Under the pieces are notes generated by a model. That model saw nothing but the letters and a program-made list of their open reading frames with translations, ran no database searches and was not told the DNA's origin. 33,485 nucleotides of DNA from Octopus bimaculoides (lineage: Eukaryota). Position numbers and translations under genes: made by a program. Where the stretch lies: NCBI RefSeq assembly GCF_001194135.2, contig NC_068986.1, positions 58,763,764-58,797,248 of the forward strand. Reading direction: 5' to 3'. This document shows positions 1 to 11,571 of the stretch, piece by piece (within the stretch, counting starts at the first letter, position 1; each line of letters opens with the position of its first letter).

Positions 1-70
<70 letters not shown>

Positions 71-274
71 GTATATATCTAAACATGCACATACACATAT
101 TTTTATACACGTACATACACACAAACATACCTACACTCATGTACTCATATACATATACACATATACACATACTCAAACACACATTCACATAAATACAAAT
201 ACATATATATACACATATATACACACAAACAAACATAGCCATACAAAAATAAACACACATACACATCTACACAT

Positions 275-333
<59 letters not shown>

Positions 334-446
334 CACACTCCCATATATATATATANNNNNNNNNNNNNNNNNNNNNNNNNNNNNNNNNNNNNNNNNNNNN
401 NNNNNNNNNNNNNNNNNNNNNNNNNNNNNNNNNNNNNNNNNNNNNN

Positions 447-495
<49 letters not shown>

Positions 496-615
496 CACAC
501 ACATATATATATACACACACACTCTCACATGCCTCCACATGTATACATACCCACATACACATATACACTCATCGCTGACCATGGAGCCATGTGTTTGCAT
601 ATGTGTGTGTGTGTT

Positions 616-666
<51 letters not shown>

Positions 667-716
667 ATATATATATTTGAAAGTGGATGCGAGACGTTGG
701 AACATATAATAATATA

Positions 717-1041
717 GGGAACATTCCGTCGGTTACGAAGACGAGGGTCCCAGCTGATACGATCAACAGAACAGCTTGCTAGTGAAATTAACGTGCAAGT
801 GACTGATCAATCCACAGACACGTGTACCCTTAACGTAGTTCTCAGGGAGTTTCAGCGTGACACAGAGTATGACAAGGCCGGCCCTTTGAAATACATGTAC
901 TACTCATTTTTGCTAGCTGAGGGAAATGGAAGAACGTGAAATAAAGTGTCTTGCTCAAGGACACAACGCGTCGCCTGGAATTGAACTCATGACCTTACGA
1001 TCATGAGCTGAATGCCCTAACCACTAAACCACGCGCCTTCA
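717..1041 (-). mobile_element. tRNA-derived SINE (family S1), about 325 bp, near full length
   Basis: The reverse complement starts GAAGGCGCGTGGTTTAGTGGTTAGGGCATTCAGCTCATGATCGTAAGGTCATGAGTTCAATTCCAGGCG, with pol III A-box and B-box-like motifs. It continues TGTGTCCTTGAGCAAGACACTTT, a post-head motif common in metazoan SINEs. Confidence 0.8.
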
Positions 1042-1183
1042 CTCATATAATAATAATATAAAAATATGATGATATAAATAATATATAAATATATATGCAT
1101 GTATTAATCCAAGAGAGTTATGGGTTGAGGATCCAACCCACTAAGGGATATCTATCCAATATACTGCTCATATATATATATAT

Positions 1184-1603
1184 GAGTGGCTGTGTGGTAA
1201 GTAGCTTGCTTACGAACCACATCGTCCCGGGTTCAGTCCCACTGTGTGGCACCTTGGGGCAGGTGTCTTCTACCATAGCCTCGGGCCGACCAAAGCCTTG
1301 TGAGTGGATTTGGTAGACGAAAATTGAAAGAAGCCTGTCGTATATATGTATACATATATATANNNNNNNNNNNNNNNNNNNNNNNNNNNNNNNNNNNNNN
1401 NNNNNNNNNNNNNNNNNNNNNNNNNNNNNNATATATATGTATGTATGTATGTATGTATATGTTTGTGTGTCTATGTTTGTCCCCCCAACATCGCTTGACA
1501 ACCGATGCTGGTGTGCTTACGTCCCCGTAACTTAGCGATTCGGAAAAAGAGACCGATAGAATAAGTCCTGGGGTCGATTTGTTCGACTAAATACCTCAAG
1601 GTG
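1184..1603 (+). mobile_element. tRNA-derived SINE (family S2) with an internal TA/TATG microsatellite and N gap
   Basis: Head GAGTGGCTGTGTGGTAAGTAGCTTGCTT...CCGGGTTCAGTCCCACTG has A/B-box-like motifs. Related heads occur at 20742-20904 and 27255-27390; related tails occur on the minus strand at 7683-7762 and 19705-19830. Confidence 0.8.
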
Positions 1604-2618
1604 ACCCTGACTACTAAGACAAGGGCTGTCTCTTCATTTTCCTTCTTCTATCTATTCACGCATGTTTAGGGCAGATTAGTTTACTCGGACATTACTTGCC
1701 GCATTCACCCACTTTTCAACAAATTTGTTGGAAGGCAGTGATTTCCTCTCTACCCTCAATTCTTTTGCCTCCTTCCCCTCCTCCTCCTCCACCTTTCCTC
1801 CTTCTCCCCCAGTTCTTCCTTAAAATGAGGGAATGGAGCAGGTAAAGTGTACGCTACACATTTTTCTTAACTAGCTGAAGTTCACGATGAAACTGTAATG
1901 CAATGAACTCTACTTAACATAAGTAATCATCCGGCTGAGATTACCTTAATGATGCTTACATTATCGCACAAATAACGATAACAATCCTTTTTGTTTTCTT
2001 TTTTCTCATTCTCCTTTCTTCCTATTCCTCAACTCTAAACCACCCCCAATCGTGCATAGTTTGGGTCTCTCCCGTTGCTATATCGATCATTGGTTCTTTA
2101 AACATACCTTCTTGATCTATTTGATTTTTTTAAAAAGTTTTTTTTTTTTTCAATTTTTATGACAGGCTTTTCTATTCAGTTGAACTCAGCATTGTGTTGC
2201 AGCTGACTTAGAAATTCCGTGCTACAATGTAATCTTCATTAATGTCATTTTAGCCTATATTGAGTAGAGTTCATTGAATAACAATTGCATCATGAGCTTT
2301 TGCTACTTAAGAAACATATATAGCCTACATTTTATCTGTTCCACTCACTCAGTTTGGATTTGTATTCACATTTTAACAGCATTATTTGCTAACAGTGAAC
2401 CATGTAGAAACTTCGATATGAGAACAAAGTGTGTAACTCGATGCCAGTAAATTGTTATTGTATCTTATCGTATAGTGTCCACTTTTTGTTATCTATACTA
2501 GCTGCTTACTGTTTGAAGCTAACAAGGTTTCTACACTCGGATCCCCGGGTCATATTTATACATCAAAACTTATTAAGATACACACGCGCACACACACAGA
2601 CACACATACATGCATACA

Positions 2619-2650
<32 letters not shown>

Positions 2651-2667
2651 CCTGTGTATGTGTGTAT

Positions 2668-2805
2668 GTCTATAAGTTCTCTTTATTTAGTCGTTCTTGC
2701 ACTGAAATTGAATCTTTGCACTGGTACAGGGGGAAGATAAAGAACTTCGGCTATCACTATGTAGGCCAAACGAGCCTTTCTTTGAGACGCAGAGTCACAG
2801 TGCAT
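2668..2805 (+). pseudogene. GIY-YIG endonuclease fragment, Penelope-like element type
   Basis: Frame 1 reads VYKFS...YHYVGQTSLSLRRRVTVH (YVGQT starts at 2758), matching the YVGQT-x5-R-x3-H pattern of PLE GIY-YIG endonucleases. It is cut off by an N gap at 2806. Confidence 0.55.
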
Positions 2806-3217
2806 NNNNNNNNNNNNNNNNNNNNNNNNNNNNNNNNNNNNNNNNNNNNNNNNNNNNNNNNNNNNNNNNNNNNNNNNNNNNNNNNNNNNNNNNNNNNNNN
2901 NNNNNNNNNNNNNNNNNNNNNNNNNNNNNNNNNNNNNNNNNNNNNNNNNNNNNNNNNNNNNNNNNNNNNNNNNNNNNNNNNNNNNNNNNNNNNNNNNNNN
3001 NNNNNNNNNNNNNNNNNNNNNNNNNNNNNNNNNNNNNNNNNNNNNNNNNNNNNNNNNNNNNNNNNNNNNNNNNNNNNNNNNNNNNNNNNNNNNNNNNNNN
3101 NNNNNNNNNNNNNNNNNNNNNNNNNNNNNNNNNNNNNNNNNNNNNNNNNNNNNNNNNNNNNNNNNNNNNNNNNNNNNNNNNNNNNNNNNNNNNNNNNNNN
3201 NNNNNNNNNNNNNNNNN

Positions 3218-3257
<40 letters not shown>

Positions 3258-3299
3258 TGACCTATACTGCGATCTTATTATGAAGGAATTACATAAGAA

Positions 3300-3955
3300 C
3301 TATAAAATTGCACTTAAATCCACTTTGGGAAAACTTCATTGATAATCTGGCAGTGTGTATCATTTATCCTATCAAGTCAGACATCTGGCGTTTAAGCAAA
3401 CCTTTCTTAGACAATATAATTCCTTCTGTAATCCTACTTCTGCCTTTTAATCTGTAGTCAAATACTAACTCTGACTCTCAAGTATAAAGAACAAAGGTAG
3501 GTATTCCTTCACACAATTTAATATCAATTCTTACTATTCTAGTATCTCATCTATATTTCTTACTAAGGCCCTTATTTTTACTAAAGCGAATTCCTCTTTA
3601 CTAAGGATCAAATTGACGGTATTCTACTTGCTAGCCCTACAAGTATTGCATTGGATGGAAAATTATGGGCTAGAAAAGATAAACCAGATAATTTTGATAT
3701 AACAATGGGATCCAGTGACTTTGTCCAGATCACCGATCTCGTTACTATCTATTGCATTGTTTGCACGAAGGTTTCCATAACCTAGCCGGTGGTCTATATA
3801 GGGCTGATGTTTTATTTATCATCGCAAGTAACAATAAGGTTTATATTGAGAGAACAAGGCAAAAATTAAGGAAGTTCTTTAAAGACTATAATCTAGGCAT
3901 TACTTTCGAACATACTCTTAAGTTTGCGAACTCCCGAGACACAACTTTGCATCTT
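3300..3955 (+). mobile_element. Penelope-like element (PLE) reverse transcriptase, decayed and frameshifted
   Basis: Hand translation across frameshifts gives IALK..ENFIDNLAVCIIYPIKSDIWRLSKPFLDNII / KNKGRYSFTQFNINSYYSSIS..LTKAL / LWARKDKPDNFDITMGSSDFVQITDLV (FDITMGS at 3693-3713) / GGLYRADVL (YRAD at 3797-3808, a decayed YRDD) ...IERTRQKLRKFFKDYNLGITFE..KFANSRDTTLHL. This is collinear with the FDVTMGSYDGAE...GLYRDDGL type of invertebrate PLE RT. It ends at a short tandem duplication (caactttgcatcttt x2). Confidence 0.85.
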
Positions 3956-4370
3956 TGCAACTTTGCATCTTTTTTTAACCATATCGTAAACTGTTGCTGT
4001 TTACTTTTTATAGTTTGTTTGTAAGTGCGTATACAATTTTTTTAAGTATCTTTCGTGTATAGTTAGTCAGAGAGACTACTTTTATTTTTACTAATTTCCT
4101 TATGTTGGTAGCTAACTGTATGCGAGAATTTGTATAACATATCACATTAAATGTATTACAGCCTATAGTTTCATCCTCATTAGATCTCATTTCGAATCTC
4201 CCAACTCACATCTGTACTCTTCCAGTAGTAATAGTAATTATGTAGTGGAAACAATTAAATTCGTTTTCTCTTAAATTTAAGGCTTCATATCATCATAATT
4301 AATTATCATTTTCCCTATCACCACTACCTCCGCCTCCTCGTCCTCATTCTCTTACTCCACCTCCTCTTTC

Positions 4371-4485
4371 AATCGACCACGGGCGGATGAAAGCACGACA
4401 GTGCTTCAGCTCAGAACGTAAAGACGGACGAAATGCCACTAAGTATTTTATCTTGCATACTAACGGTTCAGCCCACTTACCGCCT
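4371..4485 (-). mobile_element. tRNA-derived SINE family S3, degenerate partial copy
   Basis: ATCGACC..GGATGAAAG..CTCAGAACGTAAAGACGGACGAAATGCCACTAAG..CTAACG..CCGCCT aligns with the copies at 4509, 5374 and 32357. Confidence 0.7.
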
Positions 4486-4508
4486 CTCCCGTAAATTAAT
4501 AATAATAA

Positions 4509-4722
4509 TCCTTTCTACTATAGGCACAAGGCATGCAATTTCGGGGAGGGGATGAATCGATTACATCAACCTCAGTCCTCAGCTGCTACTTATTTTATCG
4601 ACACCGAAAGGATGAAAAGCAAAGTCAACCTCGGTGGTATATGAACTCAGAACGTAAAGACGTACGAAATTCAACTAAGAATTTTGCCCAGCGTGCTAAC
4701 GATTCTACCAGCTCACCGCCCT
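4509..4722 (-). mobile_element. tRNA-derived SINE family S3 (tail type A)
   Basis: TCCTTTCTACTATAGGCACAAGG...TTTTATCGACACCGAAAGGATGAAAAGCAAAGTCAACCTCGGTGG..TGAACTCAGAACG..GTGCTAACGATTCTACCAGCTCACCGCC. Multiple homologues occur in the window; the reverse complement has a pol III head. Confidence 0.85.
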
Positions 4723-4723
4723 A

Positions 4724-4732
4724 AATAATGAT

Positions 4733-4815
<83 letters not shown>

Positions 4816-4817
4816 CA
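4724..4817. repeat. (AAC)n/(AAT)n compound microsatellite
   Basis: Directly visible. Confidence 0.98.
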
Positions 4818-5354
4818 GTATCAGGCAGTGGCTCCCATGGCTTCTGATCTTAACTCATTGGAAGTGTTATCATGTATATTGCTTTGTCTTGGTATAAAAG
4901 ATGGGCTACATCAAATATTCTGCGCAATACCATAGATTTGTTTGTCAGTTGTTTGACCTTAACTAGTTGAGTATATCCCTTAGTGGTTGACGATATGTGC
5001 ATCTCTGATCACGAGCAGAAGTAGTGAGGCAGCATCACAGTCATGTGTTGAGAGGATTTCTTTGGGGTTTGGATAGTTCACCTTTGGAAACATTGGCGTT
5101 TCGTTCAACATCCTTAAACAACCCTTATTCAGGGACTTTTTGAACGAGATAGGCTACTCGACCTAAAGAAAATTCTGACTGAGCCCCTCCTGCAAGGTGG
5201 TGCGCTGTTTATCTTGATATGAGATTACCATGTCGCGCACAGACGGTTGTGATGCATGTGCCTCGTGTACTCTTATCAGACGGATAGTCATGATGGGTAT
5301 TCTGTGCTTCGTATATTTCACTCCAGTGTCACTTTGATGGCATGCACTACTCTC
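4818..5354 (+). mobile_element. About 540-bp interspersed repeat of unclear class, possibly a retroelement 3' UTR with an AAT tail
   Basis: Complex-sequence block between AAT/AAC tracts, ending in an AAT-rich tail. It resembles a repeat I recall as abundant in octopus, but there is only one copy in this window. Confidence 0.45.
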
Positions 5355-5373
5355 TTAATAAAAATAATAGTAA

Positions 5374-5570
5374 TCCTTTCTACTATATGCACAAGGCCTG
5401 AAATTTGATGGGAGGGGGTCAATCGATTAGTACGCAACTGGTAATTAATTTATCGACGCCGAAAGGATGAAAGGCAAAGCCGACCTCGGCAGAATTTGAA
5501 CGTGAAGAAGGACGAAATGCTACTAAGCATTTTGCCCGGCATGCTAACGATTCTGCCAGCTCACTGCGCT
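5374..5570 (-). mobile_element. tRNA-derived SINE family S3 (tail type A)
   Basis: Aligns end to end with 4509-4722 (TCCTTTCTACTATATGCACAAGGCCTGAAATTT...GAAAGGATGAAAGGCAAAGCCGACCTCGGCAGAATTTGAAC...ATTCTGCCAGCTC). Confidence 0.85.
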
Positions 5571-5574
5571 ATAT

Positions 5575-5708
<134 letters not shown>

Positions 5709-5880
5709 AATCTTGAGAAGCACATGGAACAAATAGGGGCTGCAATAAGGGTGGAGCACTTGCAGAAAGCAGCACTACTTAGAATCGCTCGAATACTCCG
5801 GATGTGCTCGAAAAATAAGGGGTGTGAACAGCTGACTCCGTAGGACATCTCCTGCGTTAGAAGTTGTGCAAAGACAATAA
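5709..5880 (+). mobile_element. Dong/R4-clade non-LTR retrotransposon, extreme 3' end
   Basis: Translates NLEKHMEQIGAAIRVEHLQKAALLRIARILR (LQKAALL starts at 5760), matching the C-terminal LQKxALLGTARILR motif of R4/Dong REL elements. It is flanked by (AAT)n, the known Dong target. Confidence 0.7.
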
Positions 5881-5999
5881 AACAATAATGATAAAAATAA
5901 TTTTAATTATAATTGCTTCCAATAAAAATTCCATACTGGAAATTTGGGGAAAGTATTAGTCCATACCATCGTCCTTTACTTTACTTTACTGTACTTTAC

Positions 6000-6049
6000 T
6001 CTATCGACCCCGAAGGGCTAAAAACAATGTTGATATCGGTGGAATTTGA
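6000..6049 (-). mobile_element. SINE S3 small degenerate fragment
   Basis: TATCGACCCCGAAGGG...TCGGTGGAATTTGA matches the S3 core. Confidence 0.5.
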
Positions 6050-6689
6050 TAACAAAGCTTTAAAATGATTGACATCCCCAATATAAATATTACAAAGACA
6101 TACACATACACGCGCGCGCTCATACCTACACATATAAATACATAATTCGCAAGTGGTACAGCACTCACACATGTGGATGTGTGTATGTATGTAGGTAGGC
6201 ATGTGTGTGTGTGTGTGTGTGTGTGTGCACAACATACTTGCTGACTGACAGACAGTTTGTTGTGTCAGGAGGAAAGAGGTAAGGACATGGAATGCGAAGA
6301 ATTTGGCCAGATGTGTTCACTGAAGCTTGACACACGTGTGTATACTTATATAGGTATGTGTATGAGTGCGTGCACGTGTGTATGCTCGTAGGTGTGCATG
6401 TATGCGTGTGACATTAGTACAGAAACCCTCACCTGTCTAGTAGGATACACCTTTACGATGAAATCCATTCGAACTCCACTTCACTAACGCATACTTGCTG
6501 CCCCGCCACTCGCATCACGTCTCCTTTTGCCTCGTTCTTTTTCATTCGTCGTTTATTCAGTCTTTCTCTCTATAAACACCAAAATACATACATAAATACA
6601 TACATATTTGCAAATTTAATCTTATATGCAACGTGCACGTGCACGTGCTCCACTTTATATGTTTGTGCGTGTGTAAGGGGAAGAGAGAG

Positions 6690-7120
6690 AGTGGCAGAGG
6701 GAGAAACAAAGGGAGGAAGTAGAAGAATAGGTGAGCAACGAAAGGAAAAGAGAAAGAGAGGAAGTACGAGGGGGAAAAAGAGATACGTAGTAGTAACAGA
6801 GGAAGAACGAGAGGGGTAAAGAGAGATACGTAGTAGTAAACAGAGGAAGAACGAGAGGGGGAAAAATTGAAGAGGAAGAGAAAGAGAAAGAGATAGAGTA
6901 GCGTCGGAAAATATAAAGTTGCGAAAACTACTTACAGATTGGTGACGCTGCGTTCGGTCATGTAAAAACAAATAGTAAATGAGTATATGCATATATACGT
7001 ACATGTATGTGCATACCGACATCCACCTGTATGTATAGGTGCATATCTGGGTACAGGACATTGCAAACAAAACGTAGACGAGAAAACACACAAGCCACAT
7101 AGAGAACATTCTTCTTCATC
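6690..7120 (+). repeat. Unclassified interspersed repeat family D, copy 1 (GA-rich segment, core and TA-rich segment)
   Basis: Shares GCGTC..AAAAT..AAAAC(T)TAC..GGT(A/G)ACGC..GCGTTC..GAGTATATGCATATATA..CTGGGTACAGGAC..GCCACATAGA with 10405-10781 (opposite strand) and 15409-15860. It contains an approximately 42-bp tandem duplication at about 6779-6860. Confidence 0.75.
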
Positions 7121-7682
7121 ATATATATATATATATATATATAAATATATATGTATGTATGTATGTATGTGTGTATGTGTATGCGCGTTTGTGTGTTTGT
7201 GTGTCTTCACACACATAAGAAATGGAGCACCTCGGCATTTGAAGTAAAATTTGTAAACTAATTCACCTTAATACGATTCACAAACACGTGGTCATCTTCG
7301 CTACGAAAATAGACTCAGGTGTTAAATCACAGATCTTTCAGAAGGCAGGAAGAAAGATCGAATCTAAACTGATTTGTTTCGGTTTACGTTGAAACCAACG
7401 TCGGTATTCGACAACTTTTCTTTGGTTGCTAAAAATATCATAGATTATGAGTACTGTTCTTTCTTAGATATCAAGGCTAAAACACAACTAAACTTGTATA
7501 AGTACCAAGATATGATATGGTAAATATTAACAAATAATATAACATAGGTCTACTTTCTTACACGTACTTCCGATGTATAGTGAACATATACATAATGCAC
7601 ACAAGCACATGCACGCACGCACACACACACATACACACACACACAACATATACAAATTTTCATGTATCTTTTAGATTTTAAT

Positions 7683-7762
7683 TGTTTCAGTCTTTAGACT
7701 GCGGCCATGCTAGGGCACTGCCAAGTTATGGGGTGTAAACACTCCAACACCGTTTGTCACGA
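7683..7762 (-). mobile_element. SINE S2 3' tail fragment, internally deleted
   Basis: AAGTTATGGGGTGTAAACACTCCAACACCGTTTGTCA is the reverse complement of the tail at about 1495-1532. It is preceded by TGTTTCAGTC..ACTGCGGCCATGCT, also seen at 13342. Confidence 0.6.
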
Positions 7763-8900
7763 GGTTACTGACAAAATCAAGTACACTATTTATTATTGGT
7801 ATAAATATGAGTTTATAATATGGACATAGAAGCGGGAAGTTTCGAAGAAGTTCATAGTTAACCTTTTTCTCTTTAATTTTCAAAGTGATATTCACATCTA
7901 CAGGGCAGATATCCTCTGTGATGGAGCATACTTGTTTTTTTGTGTCCTAAACAACAATATCCGGCCTGTTATGTTTACACTTGACAGATATTTTTGTATG
8001 CATTCAATAACAGGGGGAATAGTAATGTATATTGTTTTTGCGACAGCGTCATATTGTTTTGGGAAGTAGTACTTTGATGACATTTTGGGGCAGCTACAAT
8101 CACATGTGTGATGTCTTCTACAGAAATATGACATAAAGTACATTTTCAGTTGCATCTTGAAGCGCAAGGACTTCACTGTCTCTTTTGTTTATAAGGAATT
8201 TTGTGGCAATCTCCTGTTCTTGGATTGCAAATGTATAGCCTTCGAAGTATGATGTCATATAGCTCAAGAGAAGCTTTGCTTCATTTCAATATTATTGTCA
8301 TCTTCAAGTCTTCGGGGAAACATACATAAGCTGAGTCTTTTTTGGTACACTGAGCGTTTCACCTCCAAGTCTTCTTTGAAGTATGTTAGTCCGGCTAATT
8401 TGGGGTTGTATGGGAATCATCAGGAAGAGAGCACTTTCTGAGAAGTTCGCTATCGACACGTAGGATATTGTTCTCTTCACTTTTCAGCAATAAATTTATG
8501 TATTATCATTGCTGTTATTGTTTAGCAAGTGCTGTCTGAGAAGGACTATACGACATTCAATAGCTGTCGGCACTAATCTCAAGCCTCTACCTCCTTTATC
8601 TCTTCTAAGGCAGAGTCTGTCAATATCATTATTTCTGCGGAGATTTCCAGTTGATGTCAATATCTTGCACGTTTTAACGCCTATGGAATGGATTTCTTTT
8701 ACAGCCCAGTCGAGTATATCAAATGTTGAAATCAACACTGGTACTGCAAATGCATATATCAGCATGGCTGTAATATTTTTGGATACATCTTTTAGAGATA
8801 TACTATGGTAATTGCACGTTAGTCCTTGTTAATGATGTAAATTAAAAATAACCACATTGTACCTTTTTATGATGCTAGACATGATTTTCACACAGATGAA
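7763..8900 (-). mobile_element. Dong/R4-clade LINE fragment: RT thumb, CCHC zinc knuckle and REL endonuclease (pseudogene)
   Basis: Minus-strand pieces in order: YAFAVPVL..DW..KEI..I.VKTCKILTSTGNLRRNNDIDRLCLRRDKGGRGL (8765-8496); FEGYTFAIQEQEIATKFLINK (about 8248-8183); C...SCPKMSSKYY.P..YDAVAKTIY (zinc knuckle/RHD region); KEKKVNYELLRN..LL.PYYKLIFIPIINSVL (REL). Many stops and frameshifts. Confidence 0.85.
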
Positions 8901-9299
8901 GGTAACCTTACGTTATCCTTATTGAGCCGTTGGTCGAATCTATGTACGCTTGTTAAACATTTCGATGAGAGAGAAGTTTTTAGCAGTTCCTTTTTCCACG
9001 TCAGTGCTTTACGGCGGGTTTGCCATATAATTTTTCTCTTTTTTATGCTTCTGAGTTGAAATTTCGTAAGTTTTGGAAAAACATTCTCTAGGAAAAGCAG
9101 TTGGAATACGTAATTGAAATCACGTCACTGGAACTATAGTCACTGTAAATAGTCATTAAATGCACTGAGAATACATATATACATACACACACACACACAC
9201 ACATTTTTAACTATAGCTTAGTTAAGCTGGTCTAGAGAGGCAGGCCACTGGACGGTTTAAATTCATAACTGCAATGCGCACGTATACGTGCGTGCACGC

Positions 9300-9301
9300 A
9301 C

Positions 9302-9376
<75 letters not shown>
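9300..9376. repeat. (CA)n microsatellite
   Basis: Directly visible. Confidence 0.98.
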
Positions 9377-9667
9377 ACATGTGCATGCATGTATGTAAGT
9401 GTGTATGCCAATGTAAATCGATGTCGTCAGTACTCCAACAACACTGCAGTCCAGTTATTGAGGCGGGTAAACGAAAGAAAATTTCAAAAGCCTTAATGGG
9501 ATCTCATTGCATTTGCAAGCTTAATAAATGGCCTCACTGGGTTCCCCTGCTCTTGTAGACTGGTATTATATTTTGTTTAATTAAGGTGATTTTCCGTCTT
9601 CACACATCAGGTGAGACCCTTAAGTGCCACCGCCAATTAAGCATTATTCAGGTAGTGCCGATTTACT

Positions 9668-9804
9668 GGTGACCGGTAATAAAGTCACAGGAAAAAAAGT
9701 CACAGTAATAAAGTCACAATTTTGGCTAGCAAAAAAAGTCACAATTAATTTATGGGGTCCCCCGCCCCACGACAAAACCCCTGTGACTTCTTTTACCTGG
9801 ACTC
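9668..9804. mobile_element. Miniature foldback/MITE-like DNA element (MULE-like?) with 8-9-bp TSD
   Basis: CGATTTACT lies at 9659-9667 and at 9804-9812. The imperfect TIRs are GGTGACCGGTAATAAAGTCACAGG and (reverse complement) GAGTCCAGGTAAAAGAAGTCACAGG. AAAGTCACA occurs four times forward (9681, 9696, 9710, 9735) and once inverted (9782). Confidence 0.7.
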
Positions 9805-9913
9805 GATTTACTTTATTGTAAATAGCAGATGATTTCTGATGGAACTTGACACGTAAAAGAATACACACATAGATATATAAATACAAACACACACACATAG
9901 ATACATGCATACA

Positions 9914-9945
<32 letters not shown>

Positions 9946-10404
9946 CACACACACATACATACATACATACATACATACATACATACGTAAGTACGTACAT
10001 ATACATACATACGTGCGTGTATATATGTACACGTGTGTGTGTGTGTGTGCGTGTAGGGACGAATTGTGTATATCACCTTAACATATTGACATGCTGATAT
10101 TTTAATTTGTACAGAAAAATAAAGAATGATTTAAAGAATCAATATCTCGGACATGCTGTACACATGTTAAACAATACTGAAGATAGTGCTAACATATTTA
10201 AAGGAGCATAAAAGACTGACAAGAAATAATTATATGTGGAGCTAAAATATATTTATTAACTACTAATATTTCCTAATAATGTAGTATATATGCTAAAAGT
10301 GGAACACTTCAGAGAAGTTTAGCATGGCTCCTGCGTGATAATGTCATAATTTCACAAACTGCTAATTTTCTTTTTTATATAAACAAATAAAATCAGCAGA
10401 ATCG

Positions 10405-10781
10405 ATGCGTCCTGCTCTAACTCTTCGAAACGCCAGTGTTTTAATGGTGGCAGCTGTTGAAAGATATGGTTTCTATGTGGCCTCCTTGTTTTTTGTACCT
10501 TGTTTATCATTTTGTCTATTTTTTTGCAACGTCATGTACCCAGATATGTATCTATATGTACATGTAGATGAAGGTATGTACATACATGTACATATATATG
10601 CATATACTCATATATTGTTTGTATCACACGATCGAACGCACGCGTTACCTTTACAAGTAAGTTTTGAACTTTATTTTTCTGACGCGACTCTCTCTATCTT
10701 TGTATCTATCTTCCCCTCTCATTCTTCCCTGTACTGTTCTTCGCCTCTCCCTGTCGCTACTCTCTCTCTCTCTCTCTCTCT
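10405..10781 (-). repeat. Repeat family D, copy 2
   Basis: The reverse complement is collinear with 6880-7120 (markers TATATGCATATACTC at 10595-10609 and GTCATGTACCCAGA at 10531-10544). Confidence 0.75.
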
Positions 10782-11571
10782 NNNNNNNNNNNNNNNNNNN
10801 NNNNNNNNNNNNNNNNNNNNNNNNNNNNNNNNNNNNNNNNNNNNNNNNNNNNNNNNNNNNNNNNNNNNNNNNNNNNNNNNNNNNNNNNNNNNNNNNNNNN
10901 NNNNNNNNNNNNNNNNNNNNNNNNNNNNNNNNNNNNNNNNNNNNNNNNNNNNNNNNNNNNNNNNNNNNNNNNNNNNNNNNNNNNNNNNNNNNNNNNNNNN
11001 NNNNNNNNNNNNNNNNNNNNNNNNNNNNNNNNNNNNNNNNNNNNNNNNNNNNNNNNNNNNNNNNNNNNNNNNNNNNNNNNNNNNNNNNNNNNNNNNNNNN
11101 NNNNNNNNNNNNNNNNNNNNNNNNNNNNNNNNNNNNNNNNNNNNNNNNNNNNNNNNNNNNNNNNNNNNNNNNNNNNNNNNNNNNNNNNNNNNNNNNNNNN
11201 NNNNNNNNNNNNNNNNNNNNNNNNNNNNNNNNNNNNNNNNNNNNNNNNNNNNNNNNNNNNNNNNNNNNNNNNNNNNNNNNNNNNNNNNNNNNNNNNNNNN
11301 NNNNNNNNNNNNNNNNNNNNNNNNNNNNNNNNNNNNNNNNNNNNNNNNNNNNNNNNNNNNNNNNNNNNNNNNNNNNNNNNNTATATATATTGTCGGATAT
11401 TTACGTTCTATGTTCGGAATCTATTAAGGACAATTTTATATATCGGGATTGATAAAATACAGCATCAGTCAAGTTATCCCTACTTCGAAGCGTCAGATGT
11501 TGTGCATATGTTACAAAGAATTTTTATATAGTGTCATAGGGAGATCTGAATTCTTAATTGATACTTTAGTT

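Noticed and set aside
600-670. Z-DNA-prone (GT)n(GC)n tracts (also 6100-6120, 17420-17440, 24725-24810)
   Set aside because: Such tracts are ubiquitous in this window, and nothing marks these as specific.
965-1041. tRNA gene (likewise the heads at 1184 and 32500-32584)
   Set aside because: There is no complete cloverleaf, and the sequence continues into SINE bodies.
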